From: Epiperipatus broadwayi
Lineage: Eukaryota > Animalia > Onychophora
Length of the DNA: 64,000 bases
NCBI GenBank assembly: GCA_028023455.1
Contig: JAQFVV010000007.1
Location: forward strand, 19,778,001 to 19,842,000
Direction of reading: 5' to 3'
Shown here: piece by piece, positions 41,291 through 53,004 of the stretch
How the letters are laid out: each line of letters opens with the position of its first letter
How positions within the stretch are numbered: the first letter of the stretch is position 1
The notes under the pieces: generated by a model
What the model saw: the letters and a program-made list of their open reading frames with translations, nothing else
What the model was told of the DNA's origin: nothing
Database searches by the model: none
Translations under genes and position numbers: made by a program

Positions 41291-42069
41291 TCATTTCATT
41301 AGAGATTGTTACGATAATACTATTTTTGATTTCCCCATGATTGTAGGAGGTATTGAACGATTATTTTTTGATATTAAAGCAAAAAATTCAAGTTCTCTTG
41401 CTCAAATTAAACTGACTTAAGTATATTATATATTCAAAGTAAAATCGTTAAATCTCTTGGTGTAAAAAATATAAGTGTATTTGCTGTTGCTAAAGTTAAA
41501 AAAATATTCAAGTATTTGAGTTATTAATCGACATAATGAAAATTATAAAATTAGTTCCAATATTTTGTTTTATTATATATACAATCATCAGATAAAATAA
41601 TATTTAATAAAAAAACACAAATTAATGTCATAAAAGACCTATAAATAAGAACTATAGCTAGCTTATGATGTGACTATCATACCCTGGACCATTCGGAAGG
41701 ACAATCGTGCCATAAACTACTCTGTACCTTTTATTAGTTTATTGATGTGTATATATATATAGTAGAGTAAACTATGCCATTATTACACCTAATATAAAGT
41801 ATGTAGTTAAATGTTAATTTTATAAACAAAGTACACCTTTAACACATTAATCTCATAATAATAATGTAACAACCAAACGTTTTTTTTTACTCGGAGTTCA
41901 TAAGTAGTTTAAGCACCGGAAGTGACAGAGTAGGGATTTTGAGTTTTACAGTCTACAGCATTATCATTGCCCTAAACCACACAGGGCAACATCATAATCA
42001 TTGCTATCATTACAATTTAATGTTTAATATTTGAATACAAGCATAATTTATATACTTTGAGTTTAGATG

Positions 42070-42675
42070 TAATTATAAAGGATTTGAACACAGACTTTCA
42101 AGCTCCCTTCGATTATCCACTCTATCTCATACAACTGATAGATATCACACACATGTGAAAAAGATAAATGGTCACCAATATATTAATTTTGGGCTGATCC
42201 AGCACTCATTAGTTGGACCAGATCATCATCTTCCACACACATATATAATCAGTTTTCCGTTTATATTAAGATAAAAAATCTTCAAACTTTAATAGACATA
42301 ATTCAATGTACTTCACCCTCCAATTCTTCAGACATCCTGCCCATCCCACATGGACATAACAATAACACTCTCATCAATAAGATATTTGAGCATTCTATCA
42401 TCAGATATGAATGGCTGAAGAGTTGAAGGGTGAATAGATTCAAACCTGTCCATTAAAGTTTGAAGATATTCTATCTTAATCTGAGTACTGAGTATATATG
42501 TGTGGGAGAGATTATGATCTCAGCCAAATAAGGAGTGCTAGTTCAGTATAAAATGCATATATTAGAGATCATTTCTCTTTTTCATATGTGTGTGGGTCAT
42601 TTATATCAGTTGTATAAGATAGAATGGATAGTTGAAGGGAGCTTGAAAGTTTGTGTTCAAATTCTCTATAATTAA
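42070..42675. mobile_element. fold-back family B, complete unit: ~270-bp inverted arms with decayed hammerheads
   Basis: TTTGAACACAGACTTTCAAGCTCCC... mirrors ...GGGAGCTTGAAAGTTTGTGTTCAAA; hammerhead remnants at 42174-42218(-) and about 42520-42568(+). Confidence 0.85.
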
Positions 42676-42949
42676 ATTTAGTATTCAATATTGATAAATC
42701 CATTTATTTATTTACTTCAATACTGTTGGTTCTCTGATGCTTCACATTATTTTGCATATTAAACCAAGATTTTTTTTATTTTTCTCTTTCTATCATTTTT
42801 TCTTCATAAACTATCTCAACAACTCCAGATCAAACTCTTATTATTTCTCATAATTCTAAAATATCGTACATTTATAATGCTGAGACATTCTTTTGCTTTA
42901 TTTCATGTTATTTTCTTATAGTATGCTAGTGTCATATGATATGATTGGC

Positions 42950-43900
42950 TGCACCTTACAGTATATGTGGCATTAAATTGGTCCATCTTATCTATATCTT
43001 TTGTATTATTGATTAACTTATTCAAATTCATAGATATCGTAAAACCCACATTGAATTTCTCTTCACATAACAATCCAACTCTATTTTAACACTAAATACA
43101 TCCATTTCTAACTTTTACATTCTTGCAAATATTTATTTTAAACTACTCATATTAAAGGGTATCAGTTTTTCTAAACCAGCCATTACTATAGCAATAATAT
43201 AAATTTCCGAATTGTCTATTTTTCAGACTTGAATTTTCATAAGTAATCATTTGATGCAAAAAAGCTCTTAGTTCTACAAATTATTGCGATTCTGGAACGT
43301 GAGACATCACATTCTCACATCCCCCTAATCTCAAATGGTTTATCATTTTATACTTAAGTTATTGTCACTACACTTTATTTTTAAATCTAAGTAATAATTT
43401 TTTCATTTTTTCAAAGCTCTTTGATACAATTTAGTTATGATCTTTTATTTAATTCTTCAAACTCACGTTCAGTAAAGTCCTGTGGTATACATACAAAAAC
43501 GTCATTCATAATCCATACATGGTATATGCACTCACAGTTATTATAATAATTTAATATGAAAATTATACTATTCTCTTTGTCTGCCAAAGCTATACTTTAA
43601 GTTATTGATAATTTCACAGGCCAAGTTTTTATCATTTCATAAACATTCCCTCTAAACCTAGATATAATATCATTATCGATCCATGCCCATTTGTATTCGT
43701 TAATACTTTAATTAATTAATAATTCACCAATTACTTTATCCACTGATCAATATATGTCTGTTACATCCATAATTATTATTCTATATTCACTTTGGGATTA
43801 ATGCCTTCTCAATAAAGTCAACAAATTCATATTAGATTGTTTAATTTGTAGTTTTAATAATATCTTGTTTAATTGGAATTTTATTTTTATTTATAGTTGT
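42950..43900 (-). mobile_element. decayed Penelope-like RT fragment
   Basis: Minus strand WIMNDVFVCIPQDFTEREFEELNK, then YLDL.IK-like and IKW.KP-like PLE RT motifs with stops. Confidence 0.5.
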
Positions 43901-44134
43901 TTAAATATATGTTGTCTATATATAACTATATCAAGCTATTTAAAGTAGAATCATCTTTTTTAAATCGTTGCTATGTAGTTGTAAATGAGAGCTGTTGAAG
44001 TTTAATAATATTTCTGTAGTGTAATTTTCTCTACACCACTCTCACGCAAGATAGAGAATGTATTTTATCTGCTTTTAACATCTTGGAGGAGGGGTCCTAA
44101 AAATATGATCAAAAATGTGGAAAAGATGTATGAG

Positions 44135-44181
44135 CTCCGAGATGCACATTTCGTGCTGAACCAGCACTCATCAGTTGTTCC
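44135..44181 (-). ncRNA. type I hammerhead motif, family B-related, intact catalytic core
   Basis: Minus strand GGAACAA CTGATGA GTGCTG GTT CAGCAC GAAA TGTGCATC TCGGAG: perfect 6-bp stem II, 3-bp stem III, AUC triplet; stem I is mismatched in this copy. Confidence 0.7.
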
Positions 44182-44554
44182 AAATAACGTTCTTTTGCAT
44201 ATATCATTATTATTATTCAATTGAAGTCCATTGTTTTAACAATGCGTGTTTGATCGTTTTTTTATATATATTTCCTCCAGTGACCATTATTTGTTAGATA
44301 TTATACATATATATGCATTGAATATTACATATATTATTCTTTGGTATATTTCGGGGCATTATCAATAGAGGATTTACGCTTCAAAAATGTAGATTACCGT
44401 TTATGATCGTATATTTGAAAATTTCAATTATTTGCTTCTACAATCGCTCATTCGCTGATCTCACCAATAAATAACGATGATGATGTGGTTTGCATTATTA
44501 CAAATCAAGCTGTTTGCTAACGTTGAAAAGTATTGTTTTTTGTTTTTTTTTAAG

Positions 44555-44650
44555 TGTCATAGCATTGGCCGGGACGCGAACCCGCAACCCGGGCAACTGC
44601 CGGCTAGTGCAAGGCAGTCGCGCTGACCTCTCGGCCACCAATGCAAGACA
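44555..44650 (-). repeat. tRNA-Gly-derived cassette with extended terminal stem
   Basis: Minus strand GCATTGG TGGCCGAGAGGTCAGCGCG ACTGCC TTGCACTAGCC GGCAGT TGCCCGGGTTGCGGGTTCGCGTCCCGG CCAATGC: Gly-type acceptor and T arm, enlarged anticodon loop, duplicated CGGGTT; not a canonical tRNA. Confidence 0.65.
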
Positions 44651-45788
44651 AGTATTGCTTTTTAAATATCAAATGTTTGTAGAATTATACTAATAAAATA
44701 CAGTATTTATATAATATTCTTATAAAGTAAATATTGAGGGTGAACATAATTTTAATAACATTTGTAATTAATTATAAATGATTATGTAATTCTTTATTTA
44801 ATTATTATATTTTACAAGGTTATTAATAATTAGGATTCAAAAAATATTTAATTTGCTTCTTATGAAATATATACGACTTATGAATAAAGTGGCCAATATA
44901 ATATTTTTTGGTATATAATATAGTAATTTATAATATTTTTTGCTTTTAATCAGTTATATTAGAAGTAAAAACCTTTAAAATTTAATATAATATGATAAAT
45001 GAAAAAACTTTCAATGATTATTTTTTTTAATTAGTTGTGCTTTTATAAAGCAGTTTTTTTTTTTATTATTTTATTTTAAATGTTAATGAAAACCCTTTTT
45101 TGTCGTCTTTGTTTATTTTACCTACATAATTTTTATTATTGTTAAATGAATATGATTTTGCTTTATAATTTTGAATATTATGAATCAATGCTTTTTAAAT
45201 TAAATGCCAAATAAAATAAAGGAAAAAATAATACCGCTCATTAATATATATGTTTATACGTAATGTAAGAATAATATTTATTATTATTTTTATAATAAAA
45301 TATCAGGCTATGTATTTAAAAATTAAAATTTATAATACCTTCGCTTTACTAAATTTTGCGAGTGTCGTCATCCGTTACCTTTTTTTTTTTGTATTCCGTA
45401 TAAACTAATTGCACCACGCAATGATAGAATAATGGTGGCATGAGTTAAAGATTTTTGAATTGAGTCTCAACCTATCACTTCTAGTGTCTGAACTGAGGCT
45501 CAACTTGTCATTTCTAATGTCTGAACATTTGTTGACCTTCTGTGCAACCAACCTTTGGTTATCTTTTTATATTTGCTTTTTTAAAAATTACTGTAACAAA
45601 TAGCCCTTATTTTGAATGGAATGCTACTTATTGTAAATTTTCTTTATAATATACATCTGGTTTTTTATTCAAGAACTTCTGACTGGAGTGATCCTATGAG
45701 TATCTAAGTTCACTGTCAAAACCCTCAGTTTAGTTTTTTTAAAGTCTATAAACTACACTATTGAGCTAAAAATGAATTAATTAAAGTC

Positions 45789-45927
45789 GATTTGAACACA
45801 GATTTTCAAGCTCCCCACAGTCATCCACTCTATTCAATATAACCCATACATATGACCACATACAAGTGCAAAAAATAAATGATCACCAATATACATATTT
45901 CATGCTGAACCAGTACTTATCGATATA

Positions 45928-45958
<31 letters not shown>

Positions 45959-46555
45959 AATAAAATGTCCGTTAATTAAAAAACAATATTGTAATTATAA
46001 ATGAAATAATAAATTTAACGGTTTACAAACTATTACAAACAATCCTTAAATCCGCGCAGAAGTACTTTCGGTTAATTTGTTAAACCTGCTTCAACTGCCA
46101 TTAAATTAAAAAAAAAAAAAGGCAGTTGAGGCAGGTTTAAGAAATTAACCGAAAGTACTTCTGCGGATTTAAGGAATGTTTGTAATAGTTTGTAAACTGT
46201 TAAATTTATTATTTCAATTATATATATATATATATAACATAATATTGGCATCATCAAAAACTTTGAGCATTCCATCATCAGATTTTCAGTGATGTGGATG
46301 GCTGAAGAGTTGGAGAGTGGAGAGGACTAAAGCCTGTCCAATAAAGTATGTAGATTTGCTATCTTAATATGAACCAAGCACTGATTATAAATATGTGTGG
46401 GAGATGATGATCTGGATCAACTGATGAGTGCTGTTTGAGTATAAAATACATATATTGGTGATCATTTATCTTTTTTACATATATGTGGTCATGTGTATCA
46501 GTTACATTTGATAGAATAGGTGATTGTGGGGAGCTTGAAAGACTGAGTTCAAATC
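45789..46555. mobile_element. fold-back family B copy with a nested hairpin element
   Basis: Left arm 45789-45920, spacer plus right arm 46240-46555; hammerhead 5' core GGATCAA CTGATGA GTGCTG at 46414-46433(+). Confidence 0.8.
45996..46222. mobile_element. ~230-bp MITE-like fold-back (~100-bp arms, 21-nt A-rich loop)
   Basis: The arms differ at only about 5 visible positions; loop 46100-46120; flanked by (GT)n and (TA)n. Confidence 0.8.
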
Positions 46556-47068
46556 CCTTTAATTATATCTAGGTTATTTATATACATTACACTTGTATTT
46601 CAATATTCATTACTAAGATAGTAGTTACTTGTTTGTGAGTGTCTGAAGATGGTGATGATTTTCCTGAAAACACTTTATAATTACAAATATATCTTATATT
46701 TTAATTCTTTAATACTTTTATTAAAACTCTTAGCACAAATAATTTTTTAGTGAAATAAAATTGAACTTAAATTTAAGTTTATTAAAATAGAAAAAGTGTA
46801 CATTTTAACATATTTAAATGTAGTCAGTTTTGATCATGTCTTTATTTTAATTAGCCAAGGTCTTATTGAGGCAGTTGTGATGCTCTTAATTAATTTCTTA
46901 TCAGATCATTGATATATAGTGTTTCACCTGATTAATGTATTCTATCATATCCCTTAGACCAATTTAATTGGACCAGTTTTTTTTTTTTTAAATATAGCAT
47001 ATTCCACATTGTGTACTAAAAATTGTAATGAGAATAATGTGTGACATACACAGCGAGAGAGAAGAATA

Positions 47069-47874
47069 CACTCTGCAGTCCATATTTAAATATATTAATT
47101 GAATATCAATAGTCTGATGCTGAGGCAACACTCATTGTTTTAGATAGTAAATTGAATATATGATTTTAGACCAAGATAATAAATGATTCCACTAGATTTT
47201 ATTTATCATACAAAACAATAAGTAAAACCATGACAACAGATTGTTGATATTTTATTGGTAGATTTAAGTATTGTTAGTTATTGGCACTTATGGTTTTAAT
47301 TTAAAATATATATCTTAAGAAGAGCATTTTTCAAATAATTCTTTTATTAGTGAATAACAGTTAGAATGAAGACATTTTAAAAATTAATGAAGAGAATATA
47401 GTCAAAAGTTGATATAATTCACTAAAAACTTATATAAAGTCTGAAAATATAGATGACAAAAAGAGTGAAGATAATGATTAGAAATTAAGTATTTGGACTT
47501 TAGCATCACAATAATAAGAATGTCTTTGAGCAACCTTTAAATCAAATGATAGGTTGTTGGTTTGGCAAAATAGATCCATATGATTATTAGAAATCATTTA
47601 GAGGAAATGGAAAAAGGAAAAAAAATCTATGTTTAACTGTTCGAACCCACTTCAAAAATTGAATAATAATTTACATGTATTCTTGTCAGACTCACCAACT
47701 GTTGGGGGTGGAATTGGTGGTGAAAATTTATTTTCTTTCATTTTATGTTATAATTGCAACAACTAGATACTGTTTAACTAGATTATTATCTGGCTAAGTT
47801 ATAGTCCAGAAGCATGAAGACAAATTTCTAAGCATATTAAATCTGGATTGCTTAGATAAATGAAGTGCAGAGTG
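47069..47874. mobile_element. possible non-autonomous DNA transposon with short TIRs and TA flanks
   Basis: TA|CACTCTGCA...TGCAGAGTG|TA; only 9 perfectly inverted bases, so weak. Confidence 0.3.
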
Positions 47875-48017
47875 TAATATAGTGGACACATTATTACTTT
47901 TCTCTAGCACAGTGGTCTTCTTCTTGCTTCTACTATTGTTAACATCCCTTCTAATTGTCAACCTATTATATAAATCTTACATAAAAATAATATTACACAC
48001 ATTGTTTTTATCATGCA

Positions 48018-48102
48018 CTGTGTACGGTGAAGAATTGATTATTGTTTTTAACTCTATTACACTGTGTAAGGTGAAGAATTGATTATTGTTTTTAACTCTA
48101 TT
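48018..48102. repeat. ~44-bp tandem duplication
   Basis: GTGTAxGGTGAAGAATTGATTATTGTTTTTAACTCTATTA occurs twice, head to tail. Confidence 0.9.
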
Positions 48103-48394
48103 AGAGAGGGCATATAGCTGAAGTAGAATATATAAATTACTAATCTGAAATCAGATCTGCATAAATACTCAGGCAAGTTTATTTGGGTTGAAAACATGAG
48201 AATGTTTTGAATTTTCAGGGTTGGTTTAGTTTCTGAATGTGTAACTGCATTACTTTCACATTTAAATCCTAAGATACATTAGTAAATGTAAAGTCAAAAC
48301 CTTGAAATAGGTATTTAAATATTTTATTATCTGGTAATCCTTGATTACTCTCAATCTTATTATAAATAAGTTTAAAGTGAAAAACTTTTTATTT

Positions 48395-49034
<640 letters not shown>

Positions 49035-49430
49035 CCATGTATAATTAATAAATTAAACTAACTATTTTATAAATAAAATATCTATTTGATTAAGGTGCTG
49101 CATGTTTGAAAAGAAATGAGATTAAATACACACATACTATTATGTACACAGTTAATTAATTATATATAAATCACATGATACAGCCAAGTCTTGAAATAAA
49201 CCAACTATATGTTATCAATATGCTGTTAATGGACTACTCAAATAATTTCCATTACTTATCTGAATATTATCTTGATAATGGATTGTTGATATTCTATTGG
49301 TTTATTTTAAGTAATGGCTGGGTTCTTGCCATTTTTTATGTATTGTAACAGATCGTAGTAGTTTTTTCTTTTACCTTATTAAGTCACACTTGGATAGCCA
49401 AATATAAAGGGATGTGATATATATATATAT

Positions 49431-49593
49431 GGCTGCAGAAAGGAGTTTGCTATTAACTGAAAGGAGACCCTTTGATTCCTCTTGGAGGCCTTAAAGGAAC
49501 CGAGAAGGGCAAATTCCTAATGTCCACTCCATACGTTCTTGTCGTTGCAGCTGTTATTACTATGTGATTATTCATATAGTATACGAACATGGA
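49431..49593 (+). ncRNA. HDV-like ribozyme at the RTE 5' end
   Basis: P1 GGCTGCA/TGCAGCT (49431-37/49546-52, G.U first pair); P2 TCCAT/ATGGA (49528-32/49589-93); P3 ACG/CGT with L3 TTCTTGT; P4 ACTATGTGA/TCATATAGT; J4/2 CGAAC with catalytic-C candidate 49584. Confidence 0.75.
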
Positions 49594-49883
49594 TGGGCTG
49601 CTCACCAACATGCATTAGTCAGCGTGGTGAGTTTATTGGCTTTTTACCTCTGAGTTTAAGATCAAGAAACACCATGGTCTTTCTTCTCAGTGCCTGATAA
49701 GGCAGAATGAATGTTTGTGTAAATGATAAATATTTTTCCAATACATATATACAATTATGACAGACAAAAATAAAGCACGGCCCTTAATTCCCAGGAGGCT
49801 GTAAAGTCACCAACCAAGGGAGCGGTTGGTGGTCGAAGGCAGAGGGTGCTAAGAATCCCCTGATTGCGGACCCAGGCTGCCAT

Positions 49884-52715
49884 TTGATGATGACTTTTTA
49901 TTTAGGTTCTTACAACTGCAGATCACATTCAAGTGAAGGAAGATTGCAAGAATTAGAAGAAGAACTGTCTTATATTAAATGGGACATTATTGGACTTTGT
50001 GAAGTTAGAAGAAAAGGAGAAGAAACAATTGATTTAAAAAGTGGACATATACTCTATTATAAAGGCACATGTATTGGAAATACAAGTGGAGTAGGATTCA
50101 TTATAAATAAAAGGTGGAAGAACAATATTGTGGAGATTGATGGTGTATCGGACAGAGTGGCAAGATTAGTTATACAACTTAATAGCAGATACCAAATGCA
50201 GATAATTCAGGTTTATGCCCCAACAAGTTCTCATAGTGATGAAGTAGTAGAAGATTTTTATATGGATGTACAAAAGGCTTTTGATCAGAGTAAACAACAT
50301 TTTAAAATTGTTATGGGAGACTTTAATGCTAGAATTGGTAGACAAATGAAAGATGAAATTGCTGTAGGTAATTTTGGTTATGGTAATAGAAATGAGAGAG
50401 GACATAGACTTGTGGAGTTTGCAGAAAAAGAAAAACTTTATATTATGAATTCATTTTTTGAGAAAAATGTTAAAAGGAAATGGACATGGAAGCATCCAAA
50501 TGAAGGTACAGCAGAATTGGATTATATTTTGACTAACAGAAAATACATATTTCAAGATTGTAATGTTCTTAATAAATTTAACACAGGAAGTGATCATCAA
50601 TTAGTAAGGTGTAAGTTACGTGTTAATGTAAAACTAGAAAGACAAAAATTATTAAGAAAAACAATATTTACAGTTGATATTCCTAATTTTCAGAAACATT
50701 CTAATGAATTTAAATTAGAACTTACAAATAGGTTTCAAGTGTTAGGAGATTTTGAACATGATACAGATTTGAATGAAATTAATATGAAAATAACTGATAC
50801 ACTTTTAAAAACTGCAACAAACATAGCTGGTAGAAAAAAGCAGCAATTGACTAATAAAATTTCTACTGAGACTAGAGAATTTATAAAGAAAAGAAGGAAT
50901 ATGAAGATATACAAAAATGATGTATTAAGAAGAATTGAATATCTCGAATTTTGTAAAATGGTACGGAAAAGAGTTGAAAATGATATAAGAAAGTATAACT
51001 GTGAAATAGCAAGGAAAGCTGTAGAAGAAAATAAAAGTCTCAAAAATGTTAAACAACATTTTGGTATTGGTAGGAAATTTATATCTGCAATAAGAAAAAA
51101 AGATGGAATTATTACTAAAAAGAGAGATGACATCATGAAATTGGTAGAAGATTTTTATCAAGAATTATATGGTAATAAAGAACAAGTACCTCCTATATCT
51201 ATTACATCTTCCGAATTGCCCAGAATTTTAAATGAAGAAGTGAGACATGAAATTAAGTGTATGAAGAAAGGAAAGGCTCCAGGAAATGATGGACTTATAA
51301 TTGATATATTAAAAGAAGCTGGTGAAGAAATAGAAACAATTTTAGCAAAGTTATATACCAAATGTCTAAATGATAAAGATGTACCAGAAGATTGGAAGAA
51401 TGCAGTAATAATATTAATATTTAAAAAAGGTGATAAAGAAGATATTAGAAATTACAGACCTATCAGCCTTTTATCAGTTTTATATAAAATTTTTACCAAG
51501 ATAATTTCAACTCGTCTACAGAGAACTTTGGATTTCCACCAACCAAGAGAACAAGCTGGATTTAAAAGTGGTTTTAGTACAATAGATCATATCCAGGTAT
51601 TGAGAGAAGTCATAGAAAGGACAAACGAATATGAGTTGTCATTATGTTTTGGATTTGTAGATTATAAAAAGGCATTCGATTCTATACACATTTCTTCAGT
51701 GATTAAAGCATTGGATCAACAAGGTATAGATCCAGGATATTTTCATATTTTAAAGAATATTTATAAAAATGCAACAGCAACAATTAGATTACATTATGAT
51801 ACTGGAAAAATCAACATTGAGAAAGGTGTAAGACAAGGTGACTCCATATCTCCAAAACTCTTTACAGCAGTGCTGCAAGAAGTATTTTGTGGATTAAAAT
51901 GGGAAACTAAAGGAGTGAAAATAAATGGAGAGTATTTAAGTCATTTAGATTTCGCAGATGATGTAGTTGTTTTTGCAAATAATGCTTCAGGGCTGCAGGA
52001 AATGTTGCAGGAGTTAGCAGATGAAAGTAGAAAAGTAGGACTAAAGATAAATGTTAAAAAGACTAAAGTAATGTTTAATCGATTTGCTCAAAATATGAAA
52101 ATAAAGATTGATTATGAAGAATTAGAAGAAGTTAACAGTTACAAATACCTTGGTCAGATTATTAATACAGATGGAAACATAATGGAGGAAATTAATCATA
52201 GTATTAAACTTGGTTGGAGTGCTTTTGGTAGAAATAACTTGATACTAAAAGGAAATATGCCTATGTGTTTGAAAAGAATGGTTTTTAACAAATGTGTTTT
52301 ACCAGTTCTTACTTATGGATCTGAGACTTGGACACTTAATAGAAGAGCAATACAGAGACTTCACACCACTCAAAGGAGTATGGAGAGATGTATGTTGGGA
52401 GTAACAAGAAGAGATCGAAAACACAATGTATGGGTAAGACAACAAACAGGTGTTACTGACCTTATTGAAAAAATTAAAAGATTGAAATGGAGTTGGGCTG
52501 GACATATTGCTAGAAGAGATGATAATAGATGGACAGTTGAAATTTTAAACTGGATTCCAAGAGATTGTAAAAGACCCAGAAAGAGACCACATGTGAGATG
52601 GATGGATGAAATAAGAAAATGTGCAGGGTTGTTGTGGAGAAGAGAAGCTAAAGATCGGAGAAGATGGATTAAACTTGGAGAGACCTTCATCCTGCAGTGG
52701 ATTGATAATGGTTGA
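49884..52715 (+). CDS. RTE ORF: APE endonuclease plus reverse transcriptase (943 aa)
   Basis: EN motifs SYNCRS, DIIGLCEVRR, GDFNARIG, LDYIL, SDH; RT motifs YRPISLL, DYKKAFDSI, GVRQGDSISP, FADD, YKYLG; RTE-type C-terminus KWSWAGHIARR; no stops. Confidence 0.97.
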   Translation: MMMTFYLGSYNCRSHSSEGRLQELEEELSYIKWDIIGLCEVRRKGEETIDLKSGHILYYKGTCIGNTSGVGFIINKRWKNNIVEIDGVSDRVARLVIQLNSRYQMQIIQVYAPTSSHSDEVVEDFYMDVQKAFDQSKQHFKIVMGDFNARIGRQMKDEIAVGNFGYGNRNERGHRLVEFAEKEKLYIMNSFFEKNVKRKWTWKHPNEGTAELDYILTNRKYIFQDCNVLNKFNTGSDHQLVRCKLRVNVKLERQKLLRKTIFTVDIPNFQKHSNEFKLELTNRFQVLGDFEHDTDLNEINMKITDTLLKTATNIAGRKKQQLTNKISTETREFIKKRRNMKIYKNDVLRRIEYLEFCKMVRKRVENDIRKYNCEIARKAVEENKSLKNVKQHFGIGRKFISAIRKKDGIITKKRDDIMKLVEDFYQELYGNKEQVPPISITSSELPRILNEEVRHEIKCMKKGKAPGNDGLIIDILKEAGEEIETILAKLYTKCLNDKDVPEDWKNAVIILIFKKGDKEDIRNYRPISLLSVLYKIFTKIISTRLQRTLDFHQPREQAGFKSGFSTIDHIQVLREVIERTNEYELSLCFGFVDYKKAFDSIHISSVIKALDQQGIDPGYFHILKNIYKNATATIRLHYDTGKINIEKGVRQGDSISPKLFTAVLQEVFCGLKWETKGVKINGEYLSHLDFADDVVVFANNASGLQEMLQELADESRKVGLKINVKKTKVMFNRFAQNMKIKIDYEELEEVNSYKYLGQIINTDGNIMEEINHSIKLGWSAFGRNNLILKGNMPMCLKRMVFNKCVLPVLTYGSETWTLNRRAIQRLHTTQRSMERCMLGVTRRDRKHNVWVRQQTGVTDLIEKIKRLKWSWAGHIARRDDNRWTVEILNWIPRDCKRPRKRPHVRWMDEIRKCAGLLWRREAKDRRRWIKLGETFILQWIDNG

Positions 52716-53004
52716 TGATGATGATGATGATATATATACATAAGCTTTACCACTTCATGTTGTCCGTATGTATGCTTTTAATTGGCAGACCAATTAGATT
52801 TCTCAATATTGTTTTTATGCCATTTAACATATGAGTAACATAATGATGAAAGATCAGTATATTAATGAGTGCTAGCCATAATAGACATTATGATGTCTCT
52901 ATCACCATGTGACAAATAAAACCCATTTCTAAAGATCTGTTGTCACCAATAATTCTGGCTCTTATCGTTCTAATTTACCTTTGTATAAAGTTAAAAATCA
53001 CATA

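Larger units (their letters stand above)
49431..52731 (+). mobile_element. full-length RTE-clade LINE
   Basis: ~450-nt 5' UTR starting after (AT)n, a single intact ORF, a (TGA)n tail at 52713-52731 and an AT-repeat flank on both sides. Confidence 0.95.

Noticed and set aside
42372-42395. Second CTGATGA motif in the family B spacer (minus strand CTGATGATRGAATGCTCAAA)
   Set aside because: I could not build a convincing stem II, GAAA or stem I around it.
44562-44644. Functional tRNA gene
   Set aside because: The 11-nt anticodon loop, duplicated T-arm segment and non-standard D arm are incompatible with a canonical cloverleaf; reported as tRNA-derived instead.
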